64,000 nt of DNA from a bacterium. Its GTDB lineage: Bacteria > JAHJDO01. The stretch covers positions 8,378 to 72,377 of the forward strand of contig JAUSPT010000100.1 of the NCBI GenBank assembly GCA_030652805.1. The letters are read 5' to 3'. The notes beneath the pieces are model-generated. The model made no database searches. It was not told the DNA's origin and saw only the letters and a program-made list of their open reading frames with translations. The position numbers were made by a program, and so were the translations under genes. This document shows, piece by piece, positions 33,771 to 43,906 of this stretch (position 1 is its first letter; every line of letters begins with the position of its first letter).

Positions 33771-34843
33771 TGAAAACCCCGTTATATGAGTGGCATGTTG
33801 CTAATAAAGCGAGAATGGTTGAATTTGGCGGATGGGAAATGCCTGTTTATTATACTACTGTTTCAGATGAACACAATTGTGTCAGAAAAAATGTCGGGCT
33901 TTTTGACCTGTGTCATATGGGGCAGATTAGTGTTTCAGGAGATAATGCATTAGAATTTCTGCAACAGATAGCAACTAACAATATTTCTAAAATTACAATC
34001 GGACAGGTTCAGTATTCTCTGGTTTGTAATGATTTAGGCGGGGTTGTCGATGATATTCTTGTCTATAGAAAGAGCGATAGCTATCTTGTTGTAGTAAACG
34101 CGTCTAACACCCGTAAGGATTTTGAATGGTTTAACGCGCATAAAATTAGAGATGTAGAGATTAGTAATGTATCAAAGAATATTTTAATGTTAGCAGTACA
34201 GGGTCCAAGTGCTGAGACGTGTCTTCAGAAGATCGCAAGTATAGATTTAAAGGAAATAAAGTATTATTATTTCAAAATGGGGGAGATAAACGGGACGAAG
34301 TCCCTGATATCACGAACAGGTTATACAGGGGAAGACGGGTTTGAAATATATGCAGAATGCGACACGAAGACATGGGAAGCTATACTTGATGCAGGAAGAG
34401 AATATGCAATTAAACCAATAGGGCTTGGAGCACGGGATACTTTGCGTTTAGAAGCAGCAATGCCTCTTTATGGACATGAATTAGATATAGATACTAATCC
34501 ATTGGAAGCCGGATTAGGACATTTTGTAGACAGCAATAAAAAAGAGTTCATAGGAAAAGATGCGATTGAAAGGGTAAAGAAAGAAGGAATAAGGAAAAAA
34601 CTAGTTGCGTTTCGTATGCTCGAGAGAAGCATACCAAGGCATGGATACAAAATAGTTAAGAATGGTAAAATAGTTGGAAAGGTAACAAGCGGCACAATGT
34701 CTCCGACTTTGAAAGAATCAATAGGATTGGGATATATAGAGAAAGAGTACTCGGATTTAAACACAAAGATAGATATTGTTATAAGAGATAAAGGTTATGA
34801 AGCAATTATTATAAAAAAGCCATTTTATAAAAGGAAGGAATAG
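33770..34843 (+). CDS. gcvT: glycine cleavage system aminomethyltransferase
   Basis: TPLYEWHVANKARMVEFGGWEMPVYY N-terminus and ISRTGYTGEDGFEI. Confidence 0.9.
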   Translation: MKTPLYEWHVANKARMVEFGGWEMPVYYTTVSDEHNCVRKNVGLFDLCHMGQISVSGDNALEFLQQIATNNISKITIGQVQYSLVCNDLGGVVDDILVYRKSDSYLVVVNASNTRKDFEWFNAHKIRDVEISNVSKNILMLAVQGPSAETCLQKIASIDLKEIKYYYFKMGEINGTKSLISRTGYTGEDGFEIYAECDTKTWEAILDAGREYAIKPIGLGARDTLRLEAAMPLYGHELDIDTNPLEAGLGHFVDSNKKEFIGKDAIERVKKEGIRKKLVAFRMLERSIPRHGYKIVKNGKIVGKVTSGTMSPTLKESIGLGYIEKEYSDLNTKIDIVIRDKGYEAIIIKKPFYKRKE

Positions 34844-34845
34844 TA

Positions 34846-35226
34846 ATGGGAATAGAGAAAAAGGGATTTAAATTCTTAGAAACACATGAATGGATTAATG
34901 TCTCAGGAAATATCGGCAGAGTAGGTCTCTCGAAGCATGCAGTAAAAGAATTAAATGAGGTGATTTTTATTGAACTCCCTGAAGTTGGAGTACAAGTTAG
35001 CCAAGGCAAACCATTTGGAACAGTTGAATCCGTTAAAGCTGTTTTTGATTTGAATTCACCGGTAACAGGGAAGGTTATAAATGTAAATCAATCAATAAAA
35101 GACAGTCCTGAAAAGGTTACCTCAGATCCCTATGAAGAAGGATGGATGATAGAAATAGAATTATCCGATATTTCTGAGCTCAATTCATTAATGGATTATG
35201 AAGAATACAATGGTATATATACCTAA
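34846..35226 (+). CDS. gcvH: glycine cleavage system H protein
   Basis: Lipoyl-lysine context GTVESVKAV, 126 aa. Confidence 0.9.
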   Translation: MGIEKKGFKFLETHEWINVSGNIGRVGLSKHAVKELNEVIFIELPEVGVQVSQGKPFGTVESVKAVFDLNSPVTGKVINVNQSIKDSPEKVTSDPYEEGWMIEIELSDISELNSLMDYEEYNGIYT

Positions 35227-36550
35227 TACTTCCAGAGATAAGAAAGAAATGTTTGAGGCTATAGGATGTAAATCTATAGATGATTTATTTATGGAAATAG
35301 ATCAGAGAGTTAAGTTAAAGGGCAAATTAAAGCTGCCGAAATCCATGTCTGAAATGGAAGTTGCAGCCCTTATAAAAGAGATAGGGAAGAAAAATGCTAA
35401 TTTAGAAGATTACATATCGTTTCTTGGGGGGGGAGCGTATGAACATTTTATTCCGAGTGTCGTAAAGCATATTATAGGCAGGTCAGAGTTTTATACCGCT
35501 TATACTCCATATCAGGCTGAAGCAAGTCAGGGGACATTGCAGGCAATATATGAATATCAGTCTCTTATATGTGAACTTACTGGAATGGATGTTTCAAATG
35601 CATCCATGTATGATGGAGCATCAGCAGTGTCTGAAGCAGCTTTTATGGCATCAAGAATTACAGGACTAAAGAAGATTATTGTCTCAGAAACAGCTCATCC
35701 ACATTATCTGCAGGTTTTGAAGACATATACTAGAGCAGCAGGGTTAGAGTTGTATGAGCTGCAGTCTAAAGAGGGGATAGTGGACATAGATATGCTCAAA
35801 GGATTAATAGATGATAATACAGCGTGTGTAATAATTCAGAATCCAAACTTTTTTGGATGTCTTGAACATGTGGATACTATTGAGCATATTGTCCATTCTA
35901 AGAAATCGCTGTTTATTATGTGTATTGATCCTTTATCTCTCGGTATTTTAGCTCCACCCGGAGAATATGGAGCGGATATTGTTGTTGGGGAGGGGCAGTC
36001 TCTTGGTAATAACCTTGCTTTTGGAGGTCCTTATTTAGGGCTTTTTTCCTGCAGGAAGGATTTTCTTCGACAGCTGCCTGGAAGAATTGTGGGGAGGACG
36101 AAGGATAAAAACGGGAAGACTGGATATGTTCTCACTCTGCAAACACGTGAACAGCATATAAGAAGAGCAAGAGCAACCTCGAATATCTGTTCTAACCAGG
36201 CTTTAAATGCTCTTGCTTGTACTGTATATCTTTCGTGTATGGGGAAACAGGGCATTACCGGTGTAGGCAATTTATGTTTGCAGAAAGCTCATTATGCTCA
36301 ACTACAGATTGAGAAGATAGATGGATACGAGCTGAAATTCAAGCAGCCGTTCTTTAAGGAATTTCTTATACAATGTCCCGAAAATCCTGAAGAAATTAAT
36401 AAGAGGTTATTAGAGCACAAGATCATTGGCGGTCTCTCAGTTGACAAATTTTATCCTGAATTAAAAGATTGCATGCTTGTGTGTATAACTGAGATGAGAA
36501 CAAAAGAACAGATTGACAGATTTGTTAATGTACTGGCTAAGATAAGTTAA
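35210..36550 (+). CDS. gcvPA: glycine dehydrogenase (aminomethyl-transferring) subunit 1
   Basis: MVYIPNTSRDKKEMFEAIG N-terminus and TPYQAEASQGTLQAIYEYQ. I chose the ATG at 35210; 35198 is also possible. Confidence 0.85.
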   Translation: MVYIPNTSRDKKEMFEAIGCKSIDDLFMEIDQRVKLKGKLKLPKSMSEMEVAALIKEIGKKNANLEDYISFLGGGAYEHFIPSVVKHIIGRSEFYTAYTPYQAEASQGTLQAIYEYQSLICELTGMDVSNASMYDGASAVSEAAFMASRITGLKKIIVSETAHPHYLQVLKTYTRAAGLELYELQSKEGIVDIDMLKGLIDDNTACVIIQNPNFFGCLEHVDTIEHIVHSKKSLFIMCIDPLSLGILAPPGEYGADIVVGEGQSLGNNLAFGGPYLGLFSCRKDFLRQLPGRIVGRTKDKNGKTGYVLTLQTREQHIRRARATSNICSNQALNALACTVYLSCMGKQGITGVGNLCLQKAHYAQLQIEKIDGYELKFKQPFFKEFLIQCPENPEEINKRLLEHKIIGGLSVDKFYPELKDCMLVCITEMRTKEQIDRFVNVLAKIS

Positions 36551-36553
36551 AGC

Positions 36554-37588
36554 TTAAAAAGAGATAAATGCCTTAATCACACCATCTTTGTAATTTGAAA
36601 CAAGTTCAAAAGCTTCAGCAGCCTGTTCTGGTTTAAATCTATGCGTTATGAAAGGATCTAATTTTATTCTGTTTTGAGCAATATCTTCTACAACTTCAGG
36701 AAGTTCTCTGCGCTGGCGGCGGATATTTATAAGTGTTAATTCTTTTCTGCGCATTTTATCAGGGACAAATGATACGGTTTCTGTTTGGGGAATTCCTATC
36801 ATTATTAATTTTCCGCCAGGTCTTAATATATCTATTGCCTGATCAAGTGTTTCCTGTTCTCCTGCACATTCAAACACAATATCAATGCCGTCTTGACAGA
36901 TGCTTTTTATTTTCTCAATAATATTTTCTTTGTTTGGATTAAATCCATAGTTTATATTGAGCTTTCTTGCAACATCTAATCTTTCATTAATTAGATCAGT
37001 TCCAAATATATTTTCCGGATTTTTTAATTTTGAAAAGATCAGCACAGATAGCCCTATTGGCCCCATGCCAAGTATTGCGATATTCTGATGTGTTTTTTGT
37101 TTACTAATCTTTACAGCATATGAACCAATACATAATGGCTCTGTTAGGACTGCTTGTTCAAAGCTCATAGTATCAGGAACTTTACATAGACTAGCCTCAG
37201 GCATTAAAATATATTCTGATAGACAGCCCTCTGCCTGTCCTGGGCATCCGAGAAATTTGAGGCTTCTGCAGGTGTTTTCTCTGCCTATAAGACACTGGTC
37301 ACACTTTCCACAGGTAATTGCCGGGTCTATAGCCACCTTATCTTCAATTTTTATCTTTTTAACTTCAGATCCTATATCTTCAACCATGCCTGAGCATTCA
37401 TGTCCTAATGTAAAGGGATATTTAACGACTTGTGAGCCAATTCTTCCAGTCTTATAATAGTGAACATCTGAGCCACAAATGCCTACGGATTTTATTTTAA
37501 TCAATACATCGTCTGAGTTAACTATTTTTGATTTGGGAATATCCAGCACTTCAAGTTTTCTCAAATCTACAAGTTTGATCGCCTTCAT
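36554..37588 (-). CDS. zinc-dependent medium-chain polyol/alcohol dehydrogenase (sorbitol/L-iditol dehydrogenase-like)
   Basis: GICGSDVHY, GHECSG, structural-zinc Cys cluster CGKCDQC, and Rossmann GMGPIG. Confidence 0.8.
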   Translation of the reverse strand: MKAIKLVDLRKLEVLDIPKSKIVNSDDVLIKIKSVGICGSDVHYYKTGRIGSQVVKYPFTLGHECSGMVEDIGSEVKKIKIEDKVAIDPAITCGKCDQCLIGRENTCRSLKFLGCPGQAEGCLSEYILMPEASLCKVPDTMSFEQAVLTEPLCIGSYAVKISKQKTHQNIAILGMGPIGLSVLIFSKLKNPENIFGTDLINERLDVARKLNINYGFNPNKENIIEKIKSICQDGIDIVFECAGEQETLDQAIDILRPGGKLIMIGIPQTETVSFVPDKMRRKELTLINIRRQRRELPEVVEDIAQNRIKLDPFITHRFKPEQAAEAFELVSNYKDGVIKAFISF

Positions 37589-37589
37589 T

Positions 37590-38711
37590 CTAGGTTAGTA
37601 TCCTTTTTACCACATCTATTGTTTTCCCTGCATCACCTGTTGCCTGAGCTTTCTTTAACTCATCTCGTCTGTCATAAATCATAAGAGCCTTTTTCATTAC
37701 ATTGGCAAACAGCTCTCTGGAAAGAGACATTGCTTTTACAGGGTCCATCCTATAAGTAAACTGATCTTCACCGAACCATCCCTGATATCCTGTATCAATT
37801 GCTGCGTAACAGAAATCTGCAAGCCTCCAGTTATCTCCCGTTCCGGCAACTCTGTCCTCATCATTGGAATGCAATTTTGCGTTATTAACATGAAAATTGA
37901 CAACAGGTATGCCAAATTTCTTAGCTGTGTATAAATTATCTGCCGGCTCATTTCCATACATCTGCTCATGTCCGTAATCTATTGCAACACCCATGTTTTT
38001 CCCTCCGCAGGCAGAGTTGACACAGTCTGCAACAAGCATTGCCTTTGGAGTTGTTGATATGATCATATTGCCTTCTCTTGGCTCGTGCAGCTTTGCTTCA
38101 ATTCCGAATTTTAAGCCGAGCTTTTTAGCTTTTTTATTTATCTCAATACATCCTTGTACAAATCTGTCAAGAAGTACGCCATAGTTGGCCTGAAAGTTAT
38201 AGTCCCAACCATCAGAACCAGGCCATAGGGCAACGCTTGCGCATCCAAGCTCCTTTGCTATCTCAATCCCCTGAAGCGCTATCTCAAGTGCGTCTTTTCT
38301 TACTGCAGGATTTGCATTTGTTATCCCGCCGAGCTTCCACTTTGGATCAGTCCACAGGTTTGTATTCATATTTGTTGGCGTAATTTTATACTTCTTAAGC
38401 GCTTTTTTTACTTCATCTATGAGCTTTTTGTTCTTTCTGTAATTTTTGTCTATAAAAACAGCCTCATGAAATTCTATTCCAGCTATTCCTGCTTCTGCTA
38501 CTCTTTGTATTTGTGAAACGATATCACTTTTGAAATTTTCCTTATTACTGTTATATCCAAGAGGTGCAAACCTGTCGCAGAAGTCCCCTGCGCACCAATG
38601 TCCCGCAGCAAACTTTATTTCGTATGTTTCAAAAAACGCATCAAGCTTTTTCCCTTCAAGATATCCTTGAAATTTTGGGAGTTGACTCAGGGTATTTTTG
38701 TCCGCTTTCAT
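37590..38711 (-). CDS. xylose-isomerase-like TIM-barrel sugar isomerase (distant XylA/RhaI-type)
   Basis: Blocks parallel class I xylose isomerase from memory: FAAGHWC..GDFCDRF, EAKLHEPREG (EPKPNEPRG), GHEQMYG (GHEQMAG), HVNNAK..DEDRVAG. Confidence 0.6.
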   Translation of the reverse strand: MKADKNTLSQLPKFQGYLEGKKLDAFFETYEIKFAAGHWCAGDFCDRFAPLGYNSNKENFKSDIVSQIQRVAEAGIAGIEFHEAVFIDKNYRKNKKLIDEVKKALKKYKITPTNMNTNLWTDPKWKLGGITNANPAVRKDALEIALQGIEIAKELGCASVALWPGSDGWDYNFQANYGVLLDRFVQGCIEINKKAKKLGLKFGIEAKLHEPREGNMIISTTPKAMLVADCVNSACGGKNMGVAIDYGHEQMYGNEPADNLYTAKKFGIPVVNFHVNNAKLHSNDEDRVAGTGDNWRLADFCYAAIDTGYQGWFGEDQFTYRMDPVKAMSLSRELFANVMKKALMIYDRRDELKKAQATGDAGKTIDVVKRILT

Positions 38712-38715
38712 TCTT

Positions 38716-41637
38716 TCAATCTCCTGTTTTGTTATATTCGAGAATTTCTACTTTACCAAATATTCCATAAGATACAAACTTATATTTATCTGTCCATTTT
38801 TCTTCCTTGCAAAAATGTCCGGGACCTACTGATTTTAATTTACCTTTGTAGTGGAGCGGACCCAGCATATTTCTCAGGCTTCCAACAAGCTCAAGACTGA
38901 TTTTGTTAGTGCCTCTCTTTAGAAGTTTTGTAATATCCAGTTCATATGGCTCCCAGCACAAAAGACCGGCTTGCCTGTTGTTTATCTTTATATTTATTAT
39001 CGCTGCCTTATGCTTATTAATCTTGAGTATATATTTCCTGTTTTTCTTCTTATCGACGGACATATCCTGTTTATACGTTATTGAACCCGGATAAAATGGA
39101 AAACCCTGTCCTACCCAATTACCTGTTTTAAGTTTGTCTTTTGCCTTCTCAAGTACAAGATTATCCTTGTTGACAGTGAAGTCTCCGAGTATATAACAGT
39201 TTTCCAGCTCAACATCCTGCTGGTATTTCTTTGTCACAAGCAGAACTTCATTTTTCCCATTTTTCAGATATTTGGCTATATGAATTAATTTGAAACTTAT
39301 ATCAATGTACCACTCAGGGTTTTTATACATAACTTTTTTGTTATTAATAAAAATATCAAAGTTTTGCGGCTCTTCAATCAACAAATTAATATTATTAGCA
39401 GAATCCAGATTTGATAAGAATTCAAATTTCAGAGAGACTTTTGCATTGTCTAAGTCTTTCATATTCTTGTATGCTTTCCAGAATTGAACGCCACTGTTAC
39501 TCTTTATCTCAGGCAATCCGAAGTGTTCTCTGATCTGTTCCTGAGCTTTCCATACAGGGAGGAGCATTCTGCTCTCTTCTTTATCCTGTATTCTGTATTT
39601 ACAGAAATCAAGTGTCAGAGCATTCATATGAGACAAATCAATATCCCATTTGTCCTCTGAAACTGCTGCTTTTTGTGTCTCCATTTTCTTTCTTTTCACA
39701 GCTTTTGGTTTCTTCTCTGGATTTAATGACAGAAGCAATGAACCTGTCGGATATATATGCTGTTGTGTTTCAGCATATCCTGCTGTGTTTGTAGTTTCAA
39801 TTTCACATACATCTCCAGCTTCAGAATCCCATTTTTCAAAAACACCTTTCCCCTTCATCTTTATCGTAAGATCAAGCCCCATTTTTCTGTTCGTATTAAC
39901 TAAAAACAGAAACTTGTTTCCATCTATTTCTCTGAGCTGATAGATAATATCTTTTGTATCATCTTTCTTCTCACCTGAAATTTGGACTTCTTTTTTCAAG
40001 ACTTTATTGAGTGTTTTTTCTATTTTATGCTTATCGTTCTCTATAACAATTGCGTCTTTATCTAAAAACTTGTTTATCTCATTATTCAGGCTTCCGTCTA
40101 TTCTATTGGGCAGTTTACCTATGGTTAGAATTTTTCCACCTTGTGCAGTAAAATCCCTTAGTAGCTTAAATGTATTGCTATTCCAGGTGATAGAGTAGGG
40201 GATAATTACTAATTTGTATCCAGCTTTTCCAATTACAAATTCCCCGTCTTTTATTTTACCGTACTTCTCGATTACCATCTCATCCCCATAATCAAAATCC
40301 CTGTGAATCTCAAGAAGATTCTTGGAAAGCTTCAGGAATTCATCATCCAGTTTGCTCAGCGCTTCCGTTCCTTTTGGATGATATACACTCCATGCGCTTC
40401 CTATTGGATGAAGAACCAGAATATCTCTTATAGCTTTTCCCTGAGACAGAATAAAACTCAGTCTGCCATAATAATCCTCTACTTTCTTATAATACTTCCA
40501 CCATGGAGATTGATAATGGATTGAGGCAGGATAATCCCTCTTTCTGCAGCCTTTTAGAGAGTATAAAGATAGGTGCTGGCATCTGAAGTTTACACCAAGC
40601 GCATACTGCCAGTCTCCAACCCATTTCTGCCCCTCAAAACTGAAATCCCAGCCTGTGCATCCATAAAGTTCTGACAGGACTCTTTTACGCCCAAGTTGAT
40701 TTGCGACAGAAGAACACTGTTTTACTGTAAAAATTTCCGATATTCTTTCACAGAGAATATCTATCCCCGGCTGATGCATATACATATAATGAGGCATTGC
40801 TGCTCCAATAACGCGAATTTGGGATTCCAAAGTTTGTTCTGCAAGGTAATGTCCTGTTTGCTGAAGATTGTGTTTTTCGCACCAGCTATAAATATTCTCG
40901 GAAAAGTTCTTGAGGAATAGTTCTGTTACGCATTTCCAGTAATTATATCTATGTTTTTTAAAATTGCCCGTTTCATATATTAAAGAGGGAAGTTTATCAA
41001 TAATACTGTAATTGCATCTTGAGTTAAAATGTTCCGGAAGTTTATCTGTCCACGGCAATACAGCCTTTACTTCTTTGGGTTTGACTTTAGTGAAACTGGC
41101 CCAGTGATGATAATTGGGCTCATCAGTAAAAATACCAGGTATTGTTTTACCGAAATCTCCGCCAGCTTCTTTCAAATAAGCTTCATGTGTGCTTTTTATA
41201 AAAGCATCAACTGCTTCTTTACTCATTGTGTCAAGATATGAAGCTCCGTTATACCACGGGCTGTCAGGAGCATACTCAAAGGTTATTGTTTTTTCTCTAA
41301 AGACAATTCCTTTATTTCTGTATTTCTTATTCTTTGATGTAACAATTCCCCCTGCTGCTCCGCTTGGCCAGCGGTCTTCATCATAGAGCCATGCGTTCAT
41401 TCCTGTTTTTTTAGCCTCATCAACACATGCCTTTATCATCTTCATCCATTCCCGAGACAGGTATTCTGTAATAAGACCAACCCTGGAATGCATGAAAAAA
41501 CCACCCATGCCGGCTTTTTTCATCTCCCTTATCTGTCTTCTAAGTTCAGCTTGTTCCAGCTTATCATTCCAGCTCCAGAACGGTGCTCCTCGCCAATCTT
41601 CACCTGGATTTTTAAATGTTTTTTGTATCTGGTTCAT
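38716..41637 (-). CDS. large cytoplasmic glycoside-hydrolase-like protein
   Basis: 973 aa with no signal peptide. N-terminal block GAPFWSWNDKL...GMGGFFMHSRVGLITEYLSREW is recalled from uncharacterised glycosyl-hydrolase-like proteins. CAZy family not assignable by eye. Confidence 0.5.
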   Translation of the reverse strand: MNQIQKTFKNPGEDWRGAPFWSWNDKLEQAELRRQIREMKKAGMGGFFMHSRVGLITEYLSREWMKMIKACVDEAKKTGMNAWLYDEDRWPSGAAGGIVTSKNKKYRNKGIVFREKTITFEYAPDSPWYNGASYLDTMSKEAVDAFIKSTHEAYLKEAGGDFGKTIPGIFTDEPNYHHWASFTKVKPKEVKAVLPWTDKLPEHFNSRCNYSIIDKLPSLIYETGNFKKHRYNYWKCVTELFLKNFSENIYSWCEKHNLQQTGHYLAEQTLESQIRVIGAAMPHYMYMHQPGIDILCERISEIFTVKQCSSVANQLGRKRVLSELYGCTGWDFSFEGQKWVGDWQYALGVNFRCQHLSLYSLKGCRKRDYPASIHYQSPWWKYYKKVEDYYGRLSFILSQGKAIRDILVLHPIGSAWSVYHPKGTEALSKLDDEFLKLSKNLLEIHRDFDYGDEMVIEKYGKIKDGEFVIGKAGYKLVIIPYSITWNSNTFKLLRDFTAQGGKILTIGKLPNRIDGSLNNEINKFLDKDAIVIENDKHKIEKTLNKVLKKEVQISGEKKDDTKDIIYQLREIDGNKFLFLVNTNRKMGLDLTIKMKGKGVFEKWDSEAGDVCEIETTNTAGYAETQQHIYPTGSLLLSLNPEKKPKAVKRKKMETQKAAVSEDKWDIDLSHMNALTLDFCKYRIQDKEESRMLLPVWKAQEQIREHFGLPEIKSNSGVQFWKAYKNMKDLDNAKVSLKFEFLSNLDSANNINLLIEEPQNFDIFINNKKVMYKNPEWYIDISFKLIHIAKYLKNGKNEVLLVTKKYQQDVELENCYILGDFTVNKDNLVLEKAKDKLKTGNWVGQGFPFYPGSITYKQDMSVDKKKNRKYILKINKHKAAIINIKINNRQAGLLCWEPYELDITKLLKRGTNKISLELVGSLRNMLGPLHYKGKLKSVGPGHFCKEEKWTDKYKFVSYGIFGKVEILEYNKTGD

Positions 41638-41746
41638 GATTGCTCCTCTTCTTGGTTATTTGTTATTCTTTGTGCCTCTGCGCCTTTGTTACTTTGTGCC
41701 TTATTTGTTCTAATTATGATTTATATTAGAAAGATAAGCTATAACA

Positions 41747-41774
41747 ATTTTAAGAAAAGCTAGGAGGATTTTAG
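41747..41774 (-). promoter_or_regulatory. 28-nt conserved motif, copy A (minus strand CTAAAATCCTCCTAGCTTTTCTTAAAAT)
   Basis: Identical to copy C and 27/28 identical to copy B. It lies about 110 nt upstream of the 973-aa gene start, and a TTGTTA-16-TATAAA promoter-like pair abuts it. Confidence 0.6.
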
Positions 41775-41821
41775 GGCTTGTCAGATAATACTTGTTCTAT
41801 TTGTTGAATTGGTTGTCCTAT

Positions 41822-43882
41822 TCATTTTACTTGAAGAACAATCACAAAATACCTTTTTATGCCTTCCATGGAGAAACTTATTTTGCCATTATTAATTTGT
41901 CCTTCTCGTGACTCAATTATGTCGGGTAAATATAGTAATGCTTTTTGTACAGGAGCAGTAATATTAACATTTCTGTCACCTGTTTTATATCTAATATGTC
42001 TTATCAACGGTTGATTATTCATTCTATTTACATAAACTTTATCTGGGATAATCTCGAAATCATTAGAAAGTCCGTGAACAATAATCTTATTATGCTTTCT
42101 GTATATGCGATATAACCAGCCCTCTGGAACTTCCACAGATATTGCATTATCAGGAATTTGTTCTTTTACCTTATTAATTACACCATTAACAATATTTTTA
42201 TCCAGACATCTACCTGAAGTCCAGTAAAATGAGCCTTTGCCTCTTTTTATTTCTATCCACCTAGAGATTATTCTTTTACCTTTGTATTCACCATGGCAGG
42301 ATAAGGATATATCCCTTTTCGGACATTTACGAAGCTCAAAAAAAGCATCTATATCAACATCTCTTTCAGGTTCCTTGATATCTACATTGATACCAAAAGA
42401 CGAAAGAAAAGTTGTTTTCTCAGTATGTCCCCTTTCATCTCTTAAGCCTAATGGTCCTGAGCCTATAACTTTCCCGCCTTGCTCAATATATCCGATGATC
42501 TTTTCCCGAATATTGTCAGAAATGCAGTTAATATCACATAGTATCAAAACAGGATAATCCTTAACTGAAGGGATATCTTCCACTACATCAAATTGCATAT
42601 TTTTTTCAAAAAGAGTTATAGCAACGCTTCTGTAGGAAGTAACATAATCATCTTCAGTGTCCCCATAAAAAACCTGCGTTTCAAAAGAAAAATAAAGAGC
42701 AATGTTTGCCATGCTTTCTCCATTGAATAATTCAGGATATTTTTCTTCAAAAAGATATCCTTCTTTTACAATATCCGATTCATCAGGAAGCAATTTTAAG
42801 TTCTTTTCAGGAATACCTAATCTCCCCTTCAGAGTAGATATCCATGAACTTGTTCCAACTAGTTTGTTAAATGCCCAGATGAGAAACGCAGCATCAGGAA
42901 AATGTGCATAGCCCAATCCAATATTGGGAAGATTCTTTTTAGATGAAATTGCCTGATGAAGCATAATATCTGGTATTCTTTCTAAATAACCCTTATTAGA
43001 CGAAACAAACTCTTTGCACATCTCCAGCATAAGATGATTTACTGATTTTGACAGAGTTTGAGAGCTTAATCCACTTGCATTCAGGCACTTTCCTGCACTT
43101 TTAGAACAACAGGTCATCAATGGAAAGTCACTTCCTAATTCATCTCTTACTATGGCAAGGAAATCGGCTGAATCATTGTAGCGCATCTCAACCCAGTCTT
43201 TGAACGCATCAGACTCATAATTCCCCCAAAAAGTTTTATCAGCAGCATCAGGAAGTTCTTTTCTATAAAGCGTTTTGTATTTTTCCCGGCAATATGGACA
43301 ACGACATCCTTCCCATCTAGGATAATAAATCACATCATCGCACATAAGCCCATCTATTTTTGTCTCAGCCATTAACTTTTTCAAATATAGTTTATATGCC
43401 TCCCTGAATTTTTTATTATTCATGCAAAATATCTCTGCCTCATAATCAGGTAAATAGCAGGGTTTTCCTGTTCTTACACTTATCATCCGAAAATCATTTA
43501 ACTTAGTTCCATTACATATAAGTGAGTTTGCCATTTCTTTTGAAGGATAAAAAGGCACATGATGCCTGTTTTTGTAGTAAATATTCCATTTCTGCTCCTT
43601 GTTTTTTGGCCTATGTACAAGGTTTGCAGAGTGATGATCAAAAAGCTTTATTCCTTGTTCATGCAGTGTATTTGCAATGAAGTTTAGAAGTTCATGAAGT
43701 CTGTCCCAGATATATATATAGTCCCATCTAAAATGAGCACCAAAAATGATAGCTGTATCGATCCCGGCTGCTTTGAATCGCTCAGCTTTTTTTATAATCT
43801 TTTCTTCAATCCCTTTATCAGGATATATCAAATCTTCCCATAAGATCCACCAGCTAGCCATTCTGTAAGTATTTTTATTCAT
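41822..43882 (-). CDS. hypothetical glycoside-hydrolase-like protein
   Basis: 686 aa with no signal peptide. TIM-barrel-like N-terminal half (AAGIDTAIIFGAHFRW...) and Cys cluster CRCPYC. Assignment is tentative. Confidence 0.35.
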   Translation of the reverse strand: MNKNTYRMASWWILWEDLIYPDKGIEEKIIKKAERFKAAGIDTAIIFGAHFRWDYIYIWDRLHELLNFIANTLHEQGIKLFDHHSANLVHRPKNKEQKWNIYYKNRHHVPFYPSKEMANSLICNGTKLNDFRMISVRTGKPCYLPDYEAEIFCMNNKKFREAYKLYLKKLMAETKIDGLMCDDVIYYPRWEGCRCPYCREKYKTLYRKELPDAADKTFWGNYESDAFKDWVEMRYNDSADFLAIVRDELGSDFPLMTCCSKSAGKCLNASGLSSQTLSKSVNHLMLEMCKEFVSSNKGYLERIPDIMLHQAISSKKNLPNIGLGYAHFPDAAFLIWAFNKLVGTSSWISTLKGRLGIPEKNLKLLPDESDIVKEGYLFEEKYPELFNGESMANIALYFSFETQVFYGDTEDDYVTSYRSVAITLFEKNMQFDVVEDIPSVKDYPVLILCDINCISDNIREKIIGYIEQGGKVIGSGPLGLRDERGHTEKTTFLSSFGINVDIKEPERDVDIDAFFELRKCPKRDISLSCHGEYKGKRIISRWIEIKRGKGSFYWTSGRCLDKNIVNGVINKVKEQIPDNAISVEVPEGWLYRIYRKHNKIIVHGLSNDFEIIPDKVYVNRMNNQPLIRHIRYKTGDRNVNITAPVQKALLYLPDIIESREGQINNGKISFSMEGIKRYFVIVLQVK

Positions 43883-43906
43883 AATATCAAATCGAATAAC
43901 GAATTC

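Noticed and set aside
41761-41800. The plus-strand AGGAGGA inside the 28-nt motif acting as a Shine-Dalgarno sequence for small plus-strand ORFs.
   Set aside because: Downstream reading frames are 2-9 codons long and differ between the three copies, so there is no conserved peptide.
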